Shown here: piece after piece, positions 7,772 to 17,276 of the stretch
Layout of the letters: each line of letters opens with the position of its first letter
How positions within the stretch are numbered: position 1 is the stretch's first letter
DNA from: Candidatus Levyibacteriota bacterium
Lineage (GTDB): Bacteria; Patescibacteriota; Microgenomatia; Levybacterales; UBA12049
Assembly (NCBI GenBank): GCA_016182205.1
Contig: JACOXW010000012.1
Span: forward strand, 1 to 57,104
Reading direction: 5' to 3'
Length of the DNA: 57,104 nt
Notes under the pieces: generated by a model
What the model was told of the DNA's origin: nothing
What the model saw: the letters and a program-made list of their open reading frames with translations, nothing else
The model's database searches: none
Translations under genes and position numbers: made by a program

Positions 7772-10762
7772 ATGACTGCCGGAAAACTTCTCAATGCTGA
7801 ACAACGTGAAGCAATCACCTTTGGTAAAGGCCCACTTCTTATCATAGCTGGAGCTGGAACCGGAAAAACCACAGTTATTACGGAGAGAATAAAACATCTG
7901 ATCTTGGAGAAAAACGTCGCTCCGTCTGAAATACTGGCGCTTACTTTCACTGACAAAGCAGCCCGTGAGATGGAAGAGCGTATTGATATTGTTATGCCAT
8001 ATGGATATACACAATTGTGGATTAATACATTCCATGCATTCTGTGACCGGATCCTTAGAAATGAGGCAATCCATATCGGTTTAACGCCCAACTATAAACT
8101 GATGACAGAAGCTGAAAGTGTGCTTTTTCTTAAAAAACATTTCTTTTCGTTCCAACTTAGCTATTTCCGCCCATTAGGAAATCCTTATAAATTTATCCAA
8201 GGAATGCTTCAGCATTTTGCAAGGCTTCGTGACGAAGACATAGCACCCATTGAGTATATGCAATGGGCTCAAACGCAAAGCGAAAAACGCAAAGCGAAAA
8301 ACGAAGAAACGGACGAATCTGAAATAAAAAAAAATCTCGAATTGGCAAATGCGTATAAAACATATGAAGAACTGAAAGCAAAAGAAGGCGTGATGGATTT
8401 TTCAGATCTCATCAGTAATGCGTTACAGCTGTTTAGGAAAAGAAAAAATATTCTGAAACAATACCAAAGACAGTTTTCCTACATCCTGGTTGACGAATTT
8501 CAAGACACCAACTACGCACAGAACAAACTTGCAATCCTCCTTGCGGGAGATACAAAAAATATAACAGTGGTGGGGGATGATGATCAAGCCATCTATAGAT
8601 GGAGAGGTGCAGCTATTTCAAATATGATTCAGTTCAAAGACACATTCCCCGACGCAAAAATCGTAACGCTTACTCAAAACTACAGGTCCACCCAGGGGAT
8701 ACTGGATAGATCCTATGATCTTATTTCTCACAATAATCCTGACAGACTGGAAATAAAAGAAAATATCAATAAAAAGCTTACTTCCACAAGAAAAGTAAAA
8801 TCGGATCCAGTGGAACTTATCTATCAAGAACGTGTCGAAGATGAGGCTGATGTTGCAGTCAAGCAAATACAGGAACTTACAAAAAAGCAGTATCAATATA
8901 GTGATATTGCAATTCTAGTCCGAGCGAATGATCATGCACAACCATTTATAAAAGCGCTCCAAAGAAACAATACACCCTATCAATTCTTAGGACCGGGAAG
9001 ATTATTTAGACAGGAAGAAATAAAGGACCTTATCGCATATCTAAAGGTGCTTTACAACTTTGAAGATACTACTGCGATGTATAGAGTTTTGAACAATCCA
9101 CTTTTCGGGATCGAACCACGAACGATTGCCGGGATACTCAACCTCGCCAGACGGAAAAATCTCTCGCTGTTTGAAACTGTAGAACGCATTACTGATGAAA
9201 AAAATGATATCCAGGAAATATTTATAAAAGATGTCGAGAAGGAAAAATTAAAAAAACTTATTGCAATGATACACAAACACCTTAAGCGTGTACCTCATGA
9301 CAGCGCCGGTCAGATTCTTTACTATTTTGCACAAGATACGGAACTTCTTAATAATTTTCTTTCTGCCAAAACAGCATCAGATACAAAATACTATCAAAAC
9401 ATTGCAAAATTCTTTGACAAACTACAAACATTTGAAGCTGAATATGACGACGCACGGATATTTCCGGTTGTTGATTGGATTGATCTTTCTTTACAAATGG
9501 GAGAAAGTCCCATAGCAACTGACATGGATTGGTCTGAAAACAACGCAGTCAATATTTTGACTATTCACTCAAGCAAAGGACTCGAATTTCCGGTGGTTTT
9601 TCTGGTTAATCTAGTCAGCCAACGATTCCCCACCCGAGAACGCCGTGAACAGATTCCTATACCACAAGAACTTATTAAAGAAATACTACCGGAAGGCGAT
9701 TATCATTTACAAGAAGAAAGACGACTCTTTTATGTAGGGATGACCCGTGCTAAAAATAGACTCTTTCTCACAGCAGCCAACTATTACGGGGAAGGAAAAC
9801 GTGATAGAAAACTCTCACCCTTTGTTTACGAAGCACTTGGTCAAAATACGGTAGAAGCATTAATGAAAAAGAAGAAAGAAGAAAAAACTGTCATACAACC
9901 GTCACTTTTGGACTGGACACAAAATTACGCCGAGCAAACAGGTGTACAATCACCATCGGATATGGTAAAGCTCGTCTCTGAAAATGGAACTTCGTTTATT
10001 ACATATGTCTCATACTCGCAACTACAAACATTTGATCTTTGTCCGCTCCATTATAAGCTGCAATATCTCCTGCGTATTCCTTACCAACCTACATCAGCGC
10101 TCAGTTTTGGAACCAGCGTTCATGCTGCCTTGCGGGATTTTTCTCAGCTGATTATGCAAGGTAGTGTATTAAAACCACAGGATGTTTTACCACTACTGGA
10201 AAAAGTCTGGATTGATGAGGGATATGAAAGTAAAACTCACAAACAACAAGCTTTTGAACGGGCAGGATATGTCCTGCAAAAATATCTCAGTGATTATCCC
10301 CTAAATACAGCTGGGCGAAAAGTTGCCGGAATTGAGATTCCTTTTTCATTTTTTCTCAGCAGTCCAGAAATACGAAAGTCAGGACTAAAGATAGGTGGGA
10401 AGATTGATAGAGTTGATCTGCTTTCAGACAATAGAATTGAAATCATTGATTATAAAACTGGCAGTAATGTACCTTCTGAGAAAGATCTGCAAACTAATTT
10501 ACAACTCACTATCTATGCACTGGCAGCAACCGAAGTACAAGATAGACTATTCCACAAAAAACCCGAAGAAGTGACTTTATCACTCCATTATTTGGAAGAA
10601 AACACTATGCTTACAACAATACGATCAAAAGAACAATTGGAAAAAGCAAAGATTGACCTTTTGACAAAAGTAAATGAGATAGAAAAAAGTGACTTTAGCT
10701 GCAGCGGCAGTATATTCTGCCAGAATTGCGAATACAAAATGCTCTGCTCTGTCGGCGTGTAG
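7772..10762 (+). CDS. UvrD/PcrA-type superfamily-1 helicase fused to a C-terminal PD-(D/E)XK nuclease with a Cys cluster
   Basis: Helicase motifs are AGAGTGKT (Walker A), LVDEFQDTN, QNYRS, TIHSSKGLEFPVVF and YVGMTRAK. The C-terminus has IDRVD...IIDYKTG...QLTIY (RecB/AddB/Cas4-type nuclease). It also has C-x6-C-x2-C-x5-C and an upstream Cys. Confidence 0.9.
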   Translation: MTAGKLLNAEQREAITFGKGPLLIIAGAGTGKTTVITERIKHLILEKNVAPSEILALTFTDKAAREMEERIDIVMPYGYTQLWINTFHAFCDRILRNEAIHIGLTPNYKLMTEAESVLFLKKHFFSFQLSYFRPLGNPYKFIQGMLQHFARLRDEDIAPIEYMQWAQTQSEKRKAKNEETDESEIKKNLELANAYKTYEELKAKEGVMDFSDLISNALQLFRKRKNILKQYQRQFSYILVDEFQDTNYAQNKLAILLAGDTKNITVVGDDDQAIYRWRGAAISNMIQFKDTFPDAKIVTLTQNYRSTQGILDRSYDLISHNNPDRLEIKENINKKLTSTRKVKSDPVELIYQERVEDEADVAVKQIQELTKKQYQYSDIAILVRANDHAQPFIKALQRNNTPYQFLGPGRLFRQEEIKDLIAYLKVLYNFEDTTAMYRVLNNPLFGIEPRTIAGILNLARRKNLSLFETVERITDEKNDIQEIFIKDVEKEKLKKLIAMIHKHLKRVPHDSAGQILYYFAQDTELLNNFLSAKTASDTKYYQNIAKFFDKLQTFEAEYDDARIFPVVDWIDLSLQMGESPIATDMDWSENNAVNILTIHSSKGLEFPVVFLVNLVSQRFPTRERREQIPIPQELIKEILPEGDYHLQEERRLFYVGMTRAKNRLFLTAANYYGEGKRDRKLSPFVYEALGQNTVEALMKKKKEEKTVIQPSLLDWTQNYAEQTGVQSPSDMVKLVSENGTSFITYVSYSQLQTFDLCPLHYKLQYLLRIPYQPTSALSFGTSVHAALRDFSQLIMQGSVLKPQDVLPLLEKVWIDEGYESKTHKQQAFERAGYVLQKYLSDYPLNTAGRKVAGIEIPFSFFLSSPEIRKSGLKIGGKIDRVDLLSDNRIEIIDYKTGSNVPSEKDLQTNLQLTIYALAATEVQDRLFHKKPEEVTLSLHYLEENTMLTTIRSKEQLEKAKIDLLTKVNEIEKSDFSCSGSIFCQNCEYKMLCSVGV

Positions 10763-10791
10763 TTGCATACTCTAGGTCAATTTGCTATACT
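10763..10791 (+). promoter_or_regulatory. promoter TTGCAT-N17-TATACT (with TGc extended -10) for RNase P RNA
   Basis: Read directly from the sequence. The predicted start falls about 7 nt downstream, at the 5' end of P1. Confidence 0.6.
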
Positions 10792-10798
10792 ATATTAG

Positions 10799-11160
10799 TC
10801 CTAGGAAGATGACTGCTACCCCACGTCGCGTAAAGCTATGCGGGGAGGAAAGTCCAGACAGGTGTAAAGTCAGGATTGGGGCATAAGCTCCGACTAGTGA
10901 TAGCTGGTGATTGATTTCTTTATCTTACTAAACGGAAATCAAGACAGATCTTGAAATAACAAGATCTGAGAGCAACAGAGACGAGTAAGAGTGAAACGGG
11001 CAATCCCACCTGCTGCAACCTTCGAACTGATGCGTTACTACGTACTTTACCGGAGCATCAAAAGAAAGGGCATCGCGCCGAATAGGCGGATAGAATGACA
11101 TTTCGTCAATCTAAGATAGATTGCAGATAAAACAGAATCTGGCTTATTCTCTTCCTAGGA
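10799..11160 (+). ncRNA. rnpB: RNase P RNA (bacterial type A)
   Basis: The P1 helix is TCCTAGGAAGA (10799-10809) paired with TCTTCCTAGGA (11150-11160). The universally conserved GGAGGAAAGTCCAGAC (P4 5' strand) is present. The 3' ACAGAATCTGGCTTAT matches ACAGAACCCGGCTTA. Confidence 0.9.
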
Positions 11161-11165
11161 TACAT

Positions 11166-11954
11166 TTAACTACTCGCGCTTGCATAGCGTTTCAAAGCAA
11201 ATCTCCAAAACCATACGCTTACCCCAAACAATAATATTCCTGTTACAAGAGAAATAAAAATGAATTGAAGCGACAAAATCCCCATAAGTGCTTTTGCCGG
11301 AAATGTCATCATAATACCAATCGGAATCACAAATGTGAAAATTGCACGAAATGGCTCCCTATATACATCTATAGGAACTCTACCCATCTGCGTCAAATCT
11401 CTATAGAGCATAATTGCGTTATCCACGGTAGTCGTAAGTATTCCCATCCCTAAAACAAAAATATGAAAAGACAATGCCATAACCATCGCGTTACATATAA
11501 GAATGATATATAAAATGACATTCTCCATTGGAATCGGCCCAATATGAAAAAATGAAATTCCAACAAGAAATAGTGCCAATAATAAAATAGTAAGATCCAA
11601 AATATCACTTCCACCTAAGAGAGCACGAAAAAGGGGAGAAATAGGCATTGCAAGAATATAGTCAAACGTTCCTTTTACAATGTATATTCGGAAACGGTAC
11701 ACCTCTCGAAGAAAAAACATAGGCAACGCATCAATCAGGTTGAATGTTGCGAAAAAAAAGACGATCTGCCAGACAGAATACTCGGCAATCTCTTTAGTCC
11801 TGCCAGTAATAATAAATATGAAAACTAAAAATAGTCCAAAACGAAGTATTTTTCCTATCAGGAATATTACAGCACCAAAACGAGACTGGAAAGCAATCTG
11901 GCTTGCAGCACTCGTTAATAACCACCATATGCGAAGATATCTTCTCATATACAC
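11166..11954 (-). CDS. ABC-2 family transporter permease (DUF990-type), paralog 4
   Basis: Polytopic hydrophobic protein. Its C-terminal FWRFALKRYASASS parallels that of the permease at 12752-13537. Confidence 0.8.
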   Translation of the reverse strand: MYMRRYLRIWWLLTSAASQIAFQSRFGAVIFLIGKILRFGLFLVFIFIITGRTKEIAEYSVWQIVFFFATFNLIDALPMFFLREVYRFRIYIVKGTFDYILAMPISPLFRALLGGSDILDLTILLLALFLVGISFFHIGPIPMENVILYIILICNAMVMALSFHIFVLGMGILTTTVDNAIMLYRDLTQMGRVPIDVYREPFRAIFTFVIPIGIMMTFPAKALMGILSLQFIFISLVTGILLFGVSVWFWRFALKRYASASS

Positions 11955-11955
11955 A

Positions 11956-12750
11956 TCAGTGCCCTTGTGCAGTATAAAACCGTAGTCCTCGCAACCAAAC
12001 CATTTTTAAAAAAACTGAAAGAAGAATGGTCCACAGTATCGTGGTAAGTATTCCTACGTAAATATGGCTACTGTTAAGCTGTCCAAGGTATATTTTGATT
12101 GGAAAATAAAGTAAATACGGGAAAGGCGTAAACTGAAAAAATGTCGCTACAGCTTTAGGAAGAATATCTATCGGGAAAAGCATTCCGGCAAAGAAGTTAA
12201 TAATAATAAAGAAAATGAATCTTGGTGCCCATACGTCAGGACTCCAAAATCCAATCATTCCCAAAAGCGAACCGAATAAAAAGTGCATTATAATTGAAAA
12301 GGTTATCGATATAGCGGTAAGAAATAGTATCATCATATCGTGTTGGAAAAACAATGGCGGCTTCAATATCACTACCAGAATAGATAACTCTATTACTGCA
12401 AAAGAAATATTCATTGCCTTATCGCCAATATCTCTGGCAAACCAGTAATAAAAGTAATTTATAGGACGTATTAAGAAAATTGATAAATCTCCGTTATTAA
12501 TATTTTCTCCCATTTCATAACTTCTTGTTGCCAGTATAACTGAACTTAAAAATGCCGTTCCCAAAATATAGGTAAGCATGAGCGATTGAGTATATCCGAA
12601 AAGCTGACTTCCCTGTGGGATAAGTACAAGCCACAAAAAATAAACAGTTAAAAGTTGGAAAACCGTTCGTATCCGCCAAACAATGAAACTGAGTCTATAA
12701 GTGAGTATTTCATCCCATGTGTCTTTAATTACCAACCAATATTTTCTCAT
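11956..12750 (-). CDS. ABC-2 family transporter permease (DUF990-type), paralog 3
   Basis: Polytopic protein. Its C-terminal VWLRGLRFYTAQGH parallels that of the permease at 13537-14328. I took the ATG (MRKYWLV) just after the upstream stop as the start. Confidence 0.8.
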   Translation of the reverse strand: MRKYWLVIKDTWDEILTYRLSFIVWRIRTVFQLLTVYFLWLVLIPQGSQLFGYTQSLMLTYILGTAFLSSVILATRSYEMGENINNGDLSIFLIRPINYFYYWFARDIGDKAMNISFAVIELSILVVILKPPLFFQHDMMILFLTAISITFSIIMHFLFGSLLGMIGFWSPDVWAPRFIFFIIINFFAGMLFPIDILPKAVATFFQFTPFPYLLYFPIKIYLGQLNSSHIYVGILTTILWTILLSVFLKMVWLRGLRFYTAQGH

Positions 12751-12751
12751 A

Positions 12752-13537
12752 TTAGCTACTCGCACTGGTATAAAAACGTAATGCGTATCTCCAAAAAAGA
12801 TTTGATAAGTAAAGAAAAACTAATGAAAATAACAATAGGCTTAAAACCTCAATAATTGTTACTTTATGCAGCAGCGCTTTTGTGGCAGGAATAATTACCA
12901 GCGTAAAAGGAAAAATGAAGAAAAAAACTCCTTGTAGCTGTTTGTACATTTCTTGCGGATAACGAATAGTACTATCAAATGCATACATAAGTCCTACAAT
13001 ATTTGATAAATTCGGATACCAGATGGTCAGCGTAATAACAATAAACCAGAGGGAGTAGAGAAGTATTATCCCTAAACCAAGCAGCAGCATAAATAGTAAA
13101 ACGTCAAAAATATTTACCGGCATATTAAATATATAGAGTAAATACCACAGAAATAATGCTCCCAGAACAACACGAAAAAGTCCCGTTAGGGTCATGTACG
13201 TTGTGCTTATAAGAAACTGTGAATTTACCGGTTTTGTAAGATAGCCATCAAGCTTACCAAATTTTACAACGACAGATATTGTTTCAAAATTACCAGAAAA
13301 CATTCCCCGAAAGAATCCGAAGAAAATGTTTACACAGGCTGAAAGTACCAAAAGCTCATTTCTGGTCCATCCGAAGAAATGAGGCACTTTCGCTGTAAGT
13401 AAAAAGATAACGATTACAGAAAAAACTCCCCATCCCACACTGGAAATAGTACTGTTAACAAAATTTGCGCGGTACTCTAAAAGCCGTAAAAAATTTAACC
13501 GCAGAGAGATCAAGTAAATTGTGAGATAATGTGTCAT
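12752..13537 (-). CDS. ABC-2 family transporter permease (DUF990-type), paralog 2
   Basis: Polytopic protein with C-terminal FWRYALRFYTSASS. Confidence 0.8.
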   Translation of the reverse strand: MTHYLTIYLISLRLNFLRLLEYRANFVNSTISSVGWGVFSVIVIFLLTAKVPHFFGWTRNELLVLSACVNIFFGFFRGMFSGNFETISVVVKFGKLDGYLTKPVNSQFLISTTYMTLTGLFRVVLGALFLWYLLYIFNMPVNIFDVLLFMLLLGLGIILLYSLWFIVITLTIWYPNLSNIVGLMYAFDSTIRYPQEMYKQLQGVFFFIFPFTLVIIPATKALLHKVTIIEVLSLLLFSLVFLYLSNLFWRYALRFYTSASS

Positions 13538-14328
13538 TATTGTCCTATTGCACTATACTTTCTAATTCCTTTTTTCCAAAGAAATATATAAAGACCTAGG
13601 AAAATACCAAGCCAAAATAACTGCATCAAAAAAACGTGTATAAGTTCAGAAAATACAAGCTTTCCCTGAAAACTAATAATCGGAAAATAAATCATATAAG
13701 GAAAAGGCAATAGATAAGAAAAATTCTGTAAAGCAGGAGGAAAAAGGAAAAGAGGTATCATATATCCTGCAAAAAGGGCGAGAATCATTTCCTGAAATTG
13801 GAAAAATCCTCCTATATCAACCATCCAAAATGCCAGAATTCCGATAATCATTTTATAGGTGAAAAAAAGAAAATATGCAGTTGTAGCTATTACAAAACTA
13901 AGAAAAACAGACATTGGATCGGACACTGACTCATAGAATTTTCCTATAAATAGGGATAAAATAAAGACTGCTAAAAGACCATAAAATCCTTGTAACAACC
14001 TGTAAGGAACTTCCTCAAAGAATTTTATCCAGAAGTAGGAAATGGGGCGGATAAGATACTGTGAAAGTTTTCCTTCTCTAATATCTTCTCTTGCGACATC
14101 CTCTTCAATATGAGATGTCAAAATGACGCTTAATATCACTTGAAAAAGATAGTATGTTGTGATTGTAGAAACTGATAATCCTTGAATACTATTGGTATGA
14201 ATAGCACCTATCCAAAAAAGCAAAAGAATACCAGACTCAATTAAAGGAACTAAAAACCACACAAAGGCCCTTGCCCGCTCTTGCAATACGTGCTGTGAAT
14301 GAAGAAGAAAAATCTGAATGAATTTCAT
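13537..14328 (-). CDS. ABC-2 family transporter permease (DUF990-type), paralog 1
   Basis: Polytopic protein with C-terminal LWKKGIRKYSAIGQ. It overlaps the ATPase gene by 4 nt. Confidence 0.8.
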   Translation of the reverse strand: MKFIQIFLLHSQHVLQERARAFVWFLVPLIESGILLLFWIGAIHTNSIQGLSVSTITTYYLFQVILSVILTSHIEEDVAREDIREGKLSQYLIRPISYFWIKFFEEVPYRLLQGFYGLLAVFILSLFIGKFYESVSDPMSVFLSFVIATTAYFLFFTYKMIIGILAFWMVDIGGFFQFQEMILALFAGYMIPLFLFPPALQNFSYLLPFPYMIYFPIISFQGKLVFSELIHVFLMQLFWLGIFLGLYIFLWKKGIRKYSAIGQ

Positions 14329-15308
14329 ACTTTTCCATTTTTTGATGAAAAGACATCACGAATTACCTCTTCTATGTTTACCTCTTCTATGTTTAAATCA
14401 GCAACCGGAAAATCTTCCAAAATTTTTGCAGCGATCTTATTTGATTGATCACGGGCAACTGCGAAGGTAACTTTGGGAAAATCATATTCTTTGATCTCAC
14501 CAAGTTTTGCAAGAGTGTCTCTATCAATTTTCTTTTCTAATTCTACCGTAATATATTTGTGCTTTGCGTACTTTCTCACAATATCTTCAAGACTCCCGTC
14601 ATAAAGTATTTTTCCACGATCTATAACGATAATCCGTTTGCAGAGTTGTTCCACATCTTTCATATAATGACTCGTTAATATGATAGTGGAATGAAATTTC
14701 TGGTTATAGTCCTGTATGAACTCTCGAAGTTTTTGTTGCATGACCACATCCAAGCCGATTGTTGGCTCATCAAGAAATAATACTTTTGGGCTATGAAGAA
14801 GTGCTGCGATAAGTTCACATTTCATTCTTTGTCCTAATGACAGCTTACGCACTTGAACTTTTAAGATATCAGAAACATCTAGAAGCTCAGTAAGTTCACT
14901 TAGCGTTTTTTTAAATCTCTCATCTGAAATCTCGTAAATTTCCTTATTCAGAAGGAAGGATTCCTGTGCTGGCAGATCCCACCAAAGCTGATTTTTCTGT
15001 CCCATAACCAGTGCTATTTGCTTGAGGAATTGATTTTTTCTCTCAAATGGTGTAAATCCCAATACCTTCACTTCCCCACTGGTAGGGTAGAGAAGTCCCG
15101 AAAGACATTTCAGTGTCGTTGTCTTCCCTGCACCGTTTGGGCCTATGAAACCGACAAGCTCGCCTTCATCGATAGAAAAAGAGATATCTTCTACTGCCTT
15201 TGCGTCGTAGTACTTTCGCGCAAACAGTGATCTTATAGCCCCACCAAAACCTGGCTCTTTTTGGTGAACCTGATAATATTTTGATAAGTTAGAAACAGAA
15301 ATAATCAT
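14325..15308 (-). CDS. ABC transporter ATP-binding protein
   Basis: Walker A GPNGAGKTT, signature LSLGQRM and Walker B VLFLDEPT. It is the first gene of the five-gene operon. Confidence 0.92.
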   Translation of the reverse strand: MIISVSNLSKYYQVHQKEPGFGGAIRSLFARKYYDAKAVEDISFSIDEGELVGFIGPNGAGKTTTLKCLSGLLYPTSGEVKVLGFTPFERKNQFLKQIALVMGQKNQLWWDLPAQESFLLNKEIYEISDERFKKTLSELTELLDVSDILKVQVRKLSLGQRMKCELIAALLHSPKVLFLDEPTIGLDVVMQQKLREFIQDYNQKFHSTIILTSHYMKDVEQLCKRIIVIDRGKILYDGSLEDIVRKYAKHKYITVELEKKIDRDTLAKLGEIKEYDFPKVTFAVARDQSNKIAAKILEDFPVADLNIEEVNIEEVIRDVFSSKNGKV

Positions 15309-15334
15309 ACTATGACCGTCTAGAAATTAGCGTT

Positions 15335-15367
15335 TAGCGTCTAGCTTCAACTAACCCCTAGACGCTA
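15335..15367. repeat. perfect 10-bp inverted repeat (TAGCGTCTAG / CTAGACGCTA) with a 13-nt loop in the hup-ABC spacer
   Basis: Arms at 15335-15344 and 15358-15367. The adjacent 17-mer at 15321-15337 recurs in reverse complement at 34028-34044. Confidence 0.7.
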
Positions 15368-15446
15368 GTAACTGAATGCTAAGTAAATTATAACAAAAAG
15401 AGACCTCCTATTTTCTCAGGAAATCTCTTTTATATTTTCTCAAAAC

Positions 15447-15719
15447 TTACCGCACTGCTTTTTTCAAAGTTTTACCAGGAGTAAAACCAGGGGCTTTTCG
15501 TGCAGCTATGGTAATCCGGGCACCAGTCTTTGGATTCCTTCCCGGTCTTGTCGCCCGGTTCCTGACGGAAAACGTCCCAAAACCTGTAATAACTACCTTT
15601 TCCCCCCGCTTTAATGAATCACGAACAGAAGAAAGCAGTGCAGAAACGGCATCACGCGCTGCCTTATTTGTAAGATTTGCTTTCTTTGAAACGACTTCAA
15701 TAAGATCTTTTTTTGTCAA
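15447..15719 (-). CDS. hup: DNA-binding protein HU
   Basis: Typical HU sequence (GFGTFSVRNRATRPGRNPKTG). I prefer the TTG start at 15719, which has GGAGG 8 nt upstream. The ORF-track GTG at 15728 is the alternative. Confidence 0.88.
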   Translation of the reverse strand: MTKKDLIEVVSKKANLTNKAARDAVSALLSSVRDSLKRGEKVVITGFGTFSVRNRATRPGRNPKTGARITIAARKAPGFTPGKTLKKAVR

Positions 15720-15869
15720 TGTATCCACCTCCCTTCTTTATGTTTTCGATTTGCTTAACAATACAATGAAAACGAGAAACTTGTCAAGAGCTACTTTGAA
15801 AAAACAAGGTGAAAATTATTGCAAAACAGTACTGAAGTAAAAAGATAAAAAATATAAGATCAAAAAATG

Positions 15870-17138
15870 TTAAGTGGTAGTTTCTGGAGAAACTGCACGA
15901 AATTCCCGAATGGCGGTGACCTTCACTTCTCCTGGAATAACAAGCGCACGACTTACTTCTTCTCTAATCTTATTTGCCAGAACAACTGTTTCAGAATCAC
16001 TTAAGCGCCCGGGATTTATGATAACTCTAAGCTCTCTTCCCGCTTCAAAAGCATAAGCATCTTCAACACCTTCATATTTTTTCGCTATATCTTCCATGCC
16101 TTTTAGTGTTTTTACATATCCTTCATAATCTTCATATCGTGCTCCCGGCCGTGCACCTGAAATTGCGTCTGCAATATGCACTATAATAGATTCTAATGAA
16201 GAGAATGGTTTATCTTCATGATGTTCTGCCACACAATTTACAACAACTTCCGGAATATTAAACTTATTGAGTAGCTCCACACCTAAAACCACATGGCTTC
16301 CTTCTCCTTCTACAACTTTCCCTATATCATGGAAAAGGCATCCAAGTCTGACAATATTTGCATCAGCCCCTACTTCTTGTGCAATATGAACACCAATTTT
16401 TGTTTCTTCCAGTGTATGAACCACTAAATTCTGTCCGTATGAGGTCCTAAATTTAAATCTACCAAGAATGGAAAGAAGCTCTGTCGGTAGATTAAAAACT
16501 CCTGCTTCATGCGCAAGCCACTGTCCTTCCTCAAGCATAATACGCTCGACTTCTTTTTTCGTTTGATTAACAACTTCTTCTATTCGAAATGGTTGTACGC
16601 GAGTATCTTTTAAAAGTTTTTCCAGTGATCGCCGTGCAACTTCTCTACGAATTTGGTCAAACGACGAAAGACGTATTACACCCTCTTCGTCTAAATCGAC
16701 ATCTACACCCGTAGCCTGTTCAAATGCGCGTATATTTCTTCCCTCTTTCCCGATGATTCTTCCTTTCATACTCTCGTCTTCCACTTTTACCACCGAGACA
16801 GTGTATTCTGGAATATAATCAAGTGCTCCGTGTTTTAGACTATCGATAAGAATTTCACGTGCTTTTTGATCTGCAGTCCGCTTGGCTTCTTCTTCTTTCT
16901 CTTTAATTATTTTTGCGACAGCCTGAACTTCTCTTTCTTCTACCTGACTGAAAAGCACTTCTTTTGCTTCCTCTGTAGTCATTCCTGCTACATGGCTCAG
17001 TTTTTCAATAAGCTCGTTTGATTTCCGTCTTAATGCTTCCTGTTCCTTCTGAAGTTGTTCCTGCTCCTTTTCAAGGCGATCCTGCTTCTCAAGAAGTTTC
17101 TTTTCCAATTGAATTAAATCGTCGTTTTGTGTATTCAT
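15870..17138 (-). CDS. rny: ribonuclease Y (KH + HD domains), without the usual N-terminal membrane helix
   Basis: N-terminal coiled coil, KH motif IIGKEGRNIRAFE, and HD domain LFHDIGK...AEHHED. Confidence 0.9.
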   Translation of the reverse strand: MNTQNDDLIQLEKKLLEKQDRLEKEQEQLQKEQEALRRKSNELIEKLSHVAGMTTEEAKEVLFSQVEEREVQAVAKIIKEKEEEAKRTADQKAREILIDSLKHGALDYIPEYTVSVVKVEDESMKGRIIGKEGRNIRAFEQATGVDVDLDEEGVIRLSSFDQIRREVARRSLEKLLKDTRVQPFRIEEVVNQTKKEVERIMLEEGQWLAHEAGVFNLPTELLSILGRFKFRTSYGQNLVVHTLEETKIGVHIAQEVGADANIVRLGCLFHDIGKVVEGEGSHVVLGVELLNKFNIPEVVVNCVAEHHEDKPFSSLESIIVHIADAISGARPGARYEDYEGYVKTLKGMEDIAKKYEGVEDAYAFEAGRELRVIINPGRLSDSETVVLANKIREEVSRALVIPGEVKVTAIREFRAVSPETTT

Positions 17139-17276
17139 ATACCTGAAGACAAAAGAGGAACTACAGTAGTTATTTTACTGTAATTGTCAAAGATGTGGGT
17201 AATAGATACTGTTTCATAACCCTTTTTCGACAAACTCTTTTGCCATCGTTATTATATCCTTTTTATGATTACTTCG

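Noticed and set aside
7709-8091. Two overlapping minus-strand ORFs (121 and 125 aa).
   Set aside because: They are antisense to the 5' part of the helicase gene, including its Walker A region, and have no recognisable motifs.
15309-15446. The inverted repeat after hup, considered as an intrinsic terminator.
   Set aside because: The 10-bp hairpin is not followed by a U-tract on the transcribed (minus) strand. I report it only as a repeat/hairpin.
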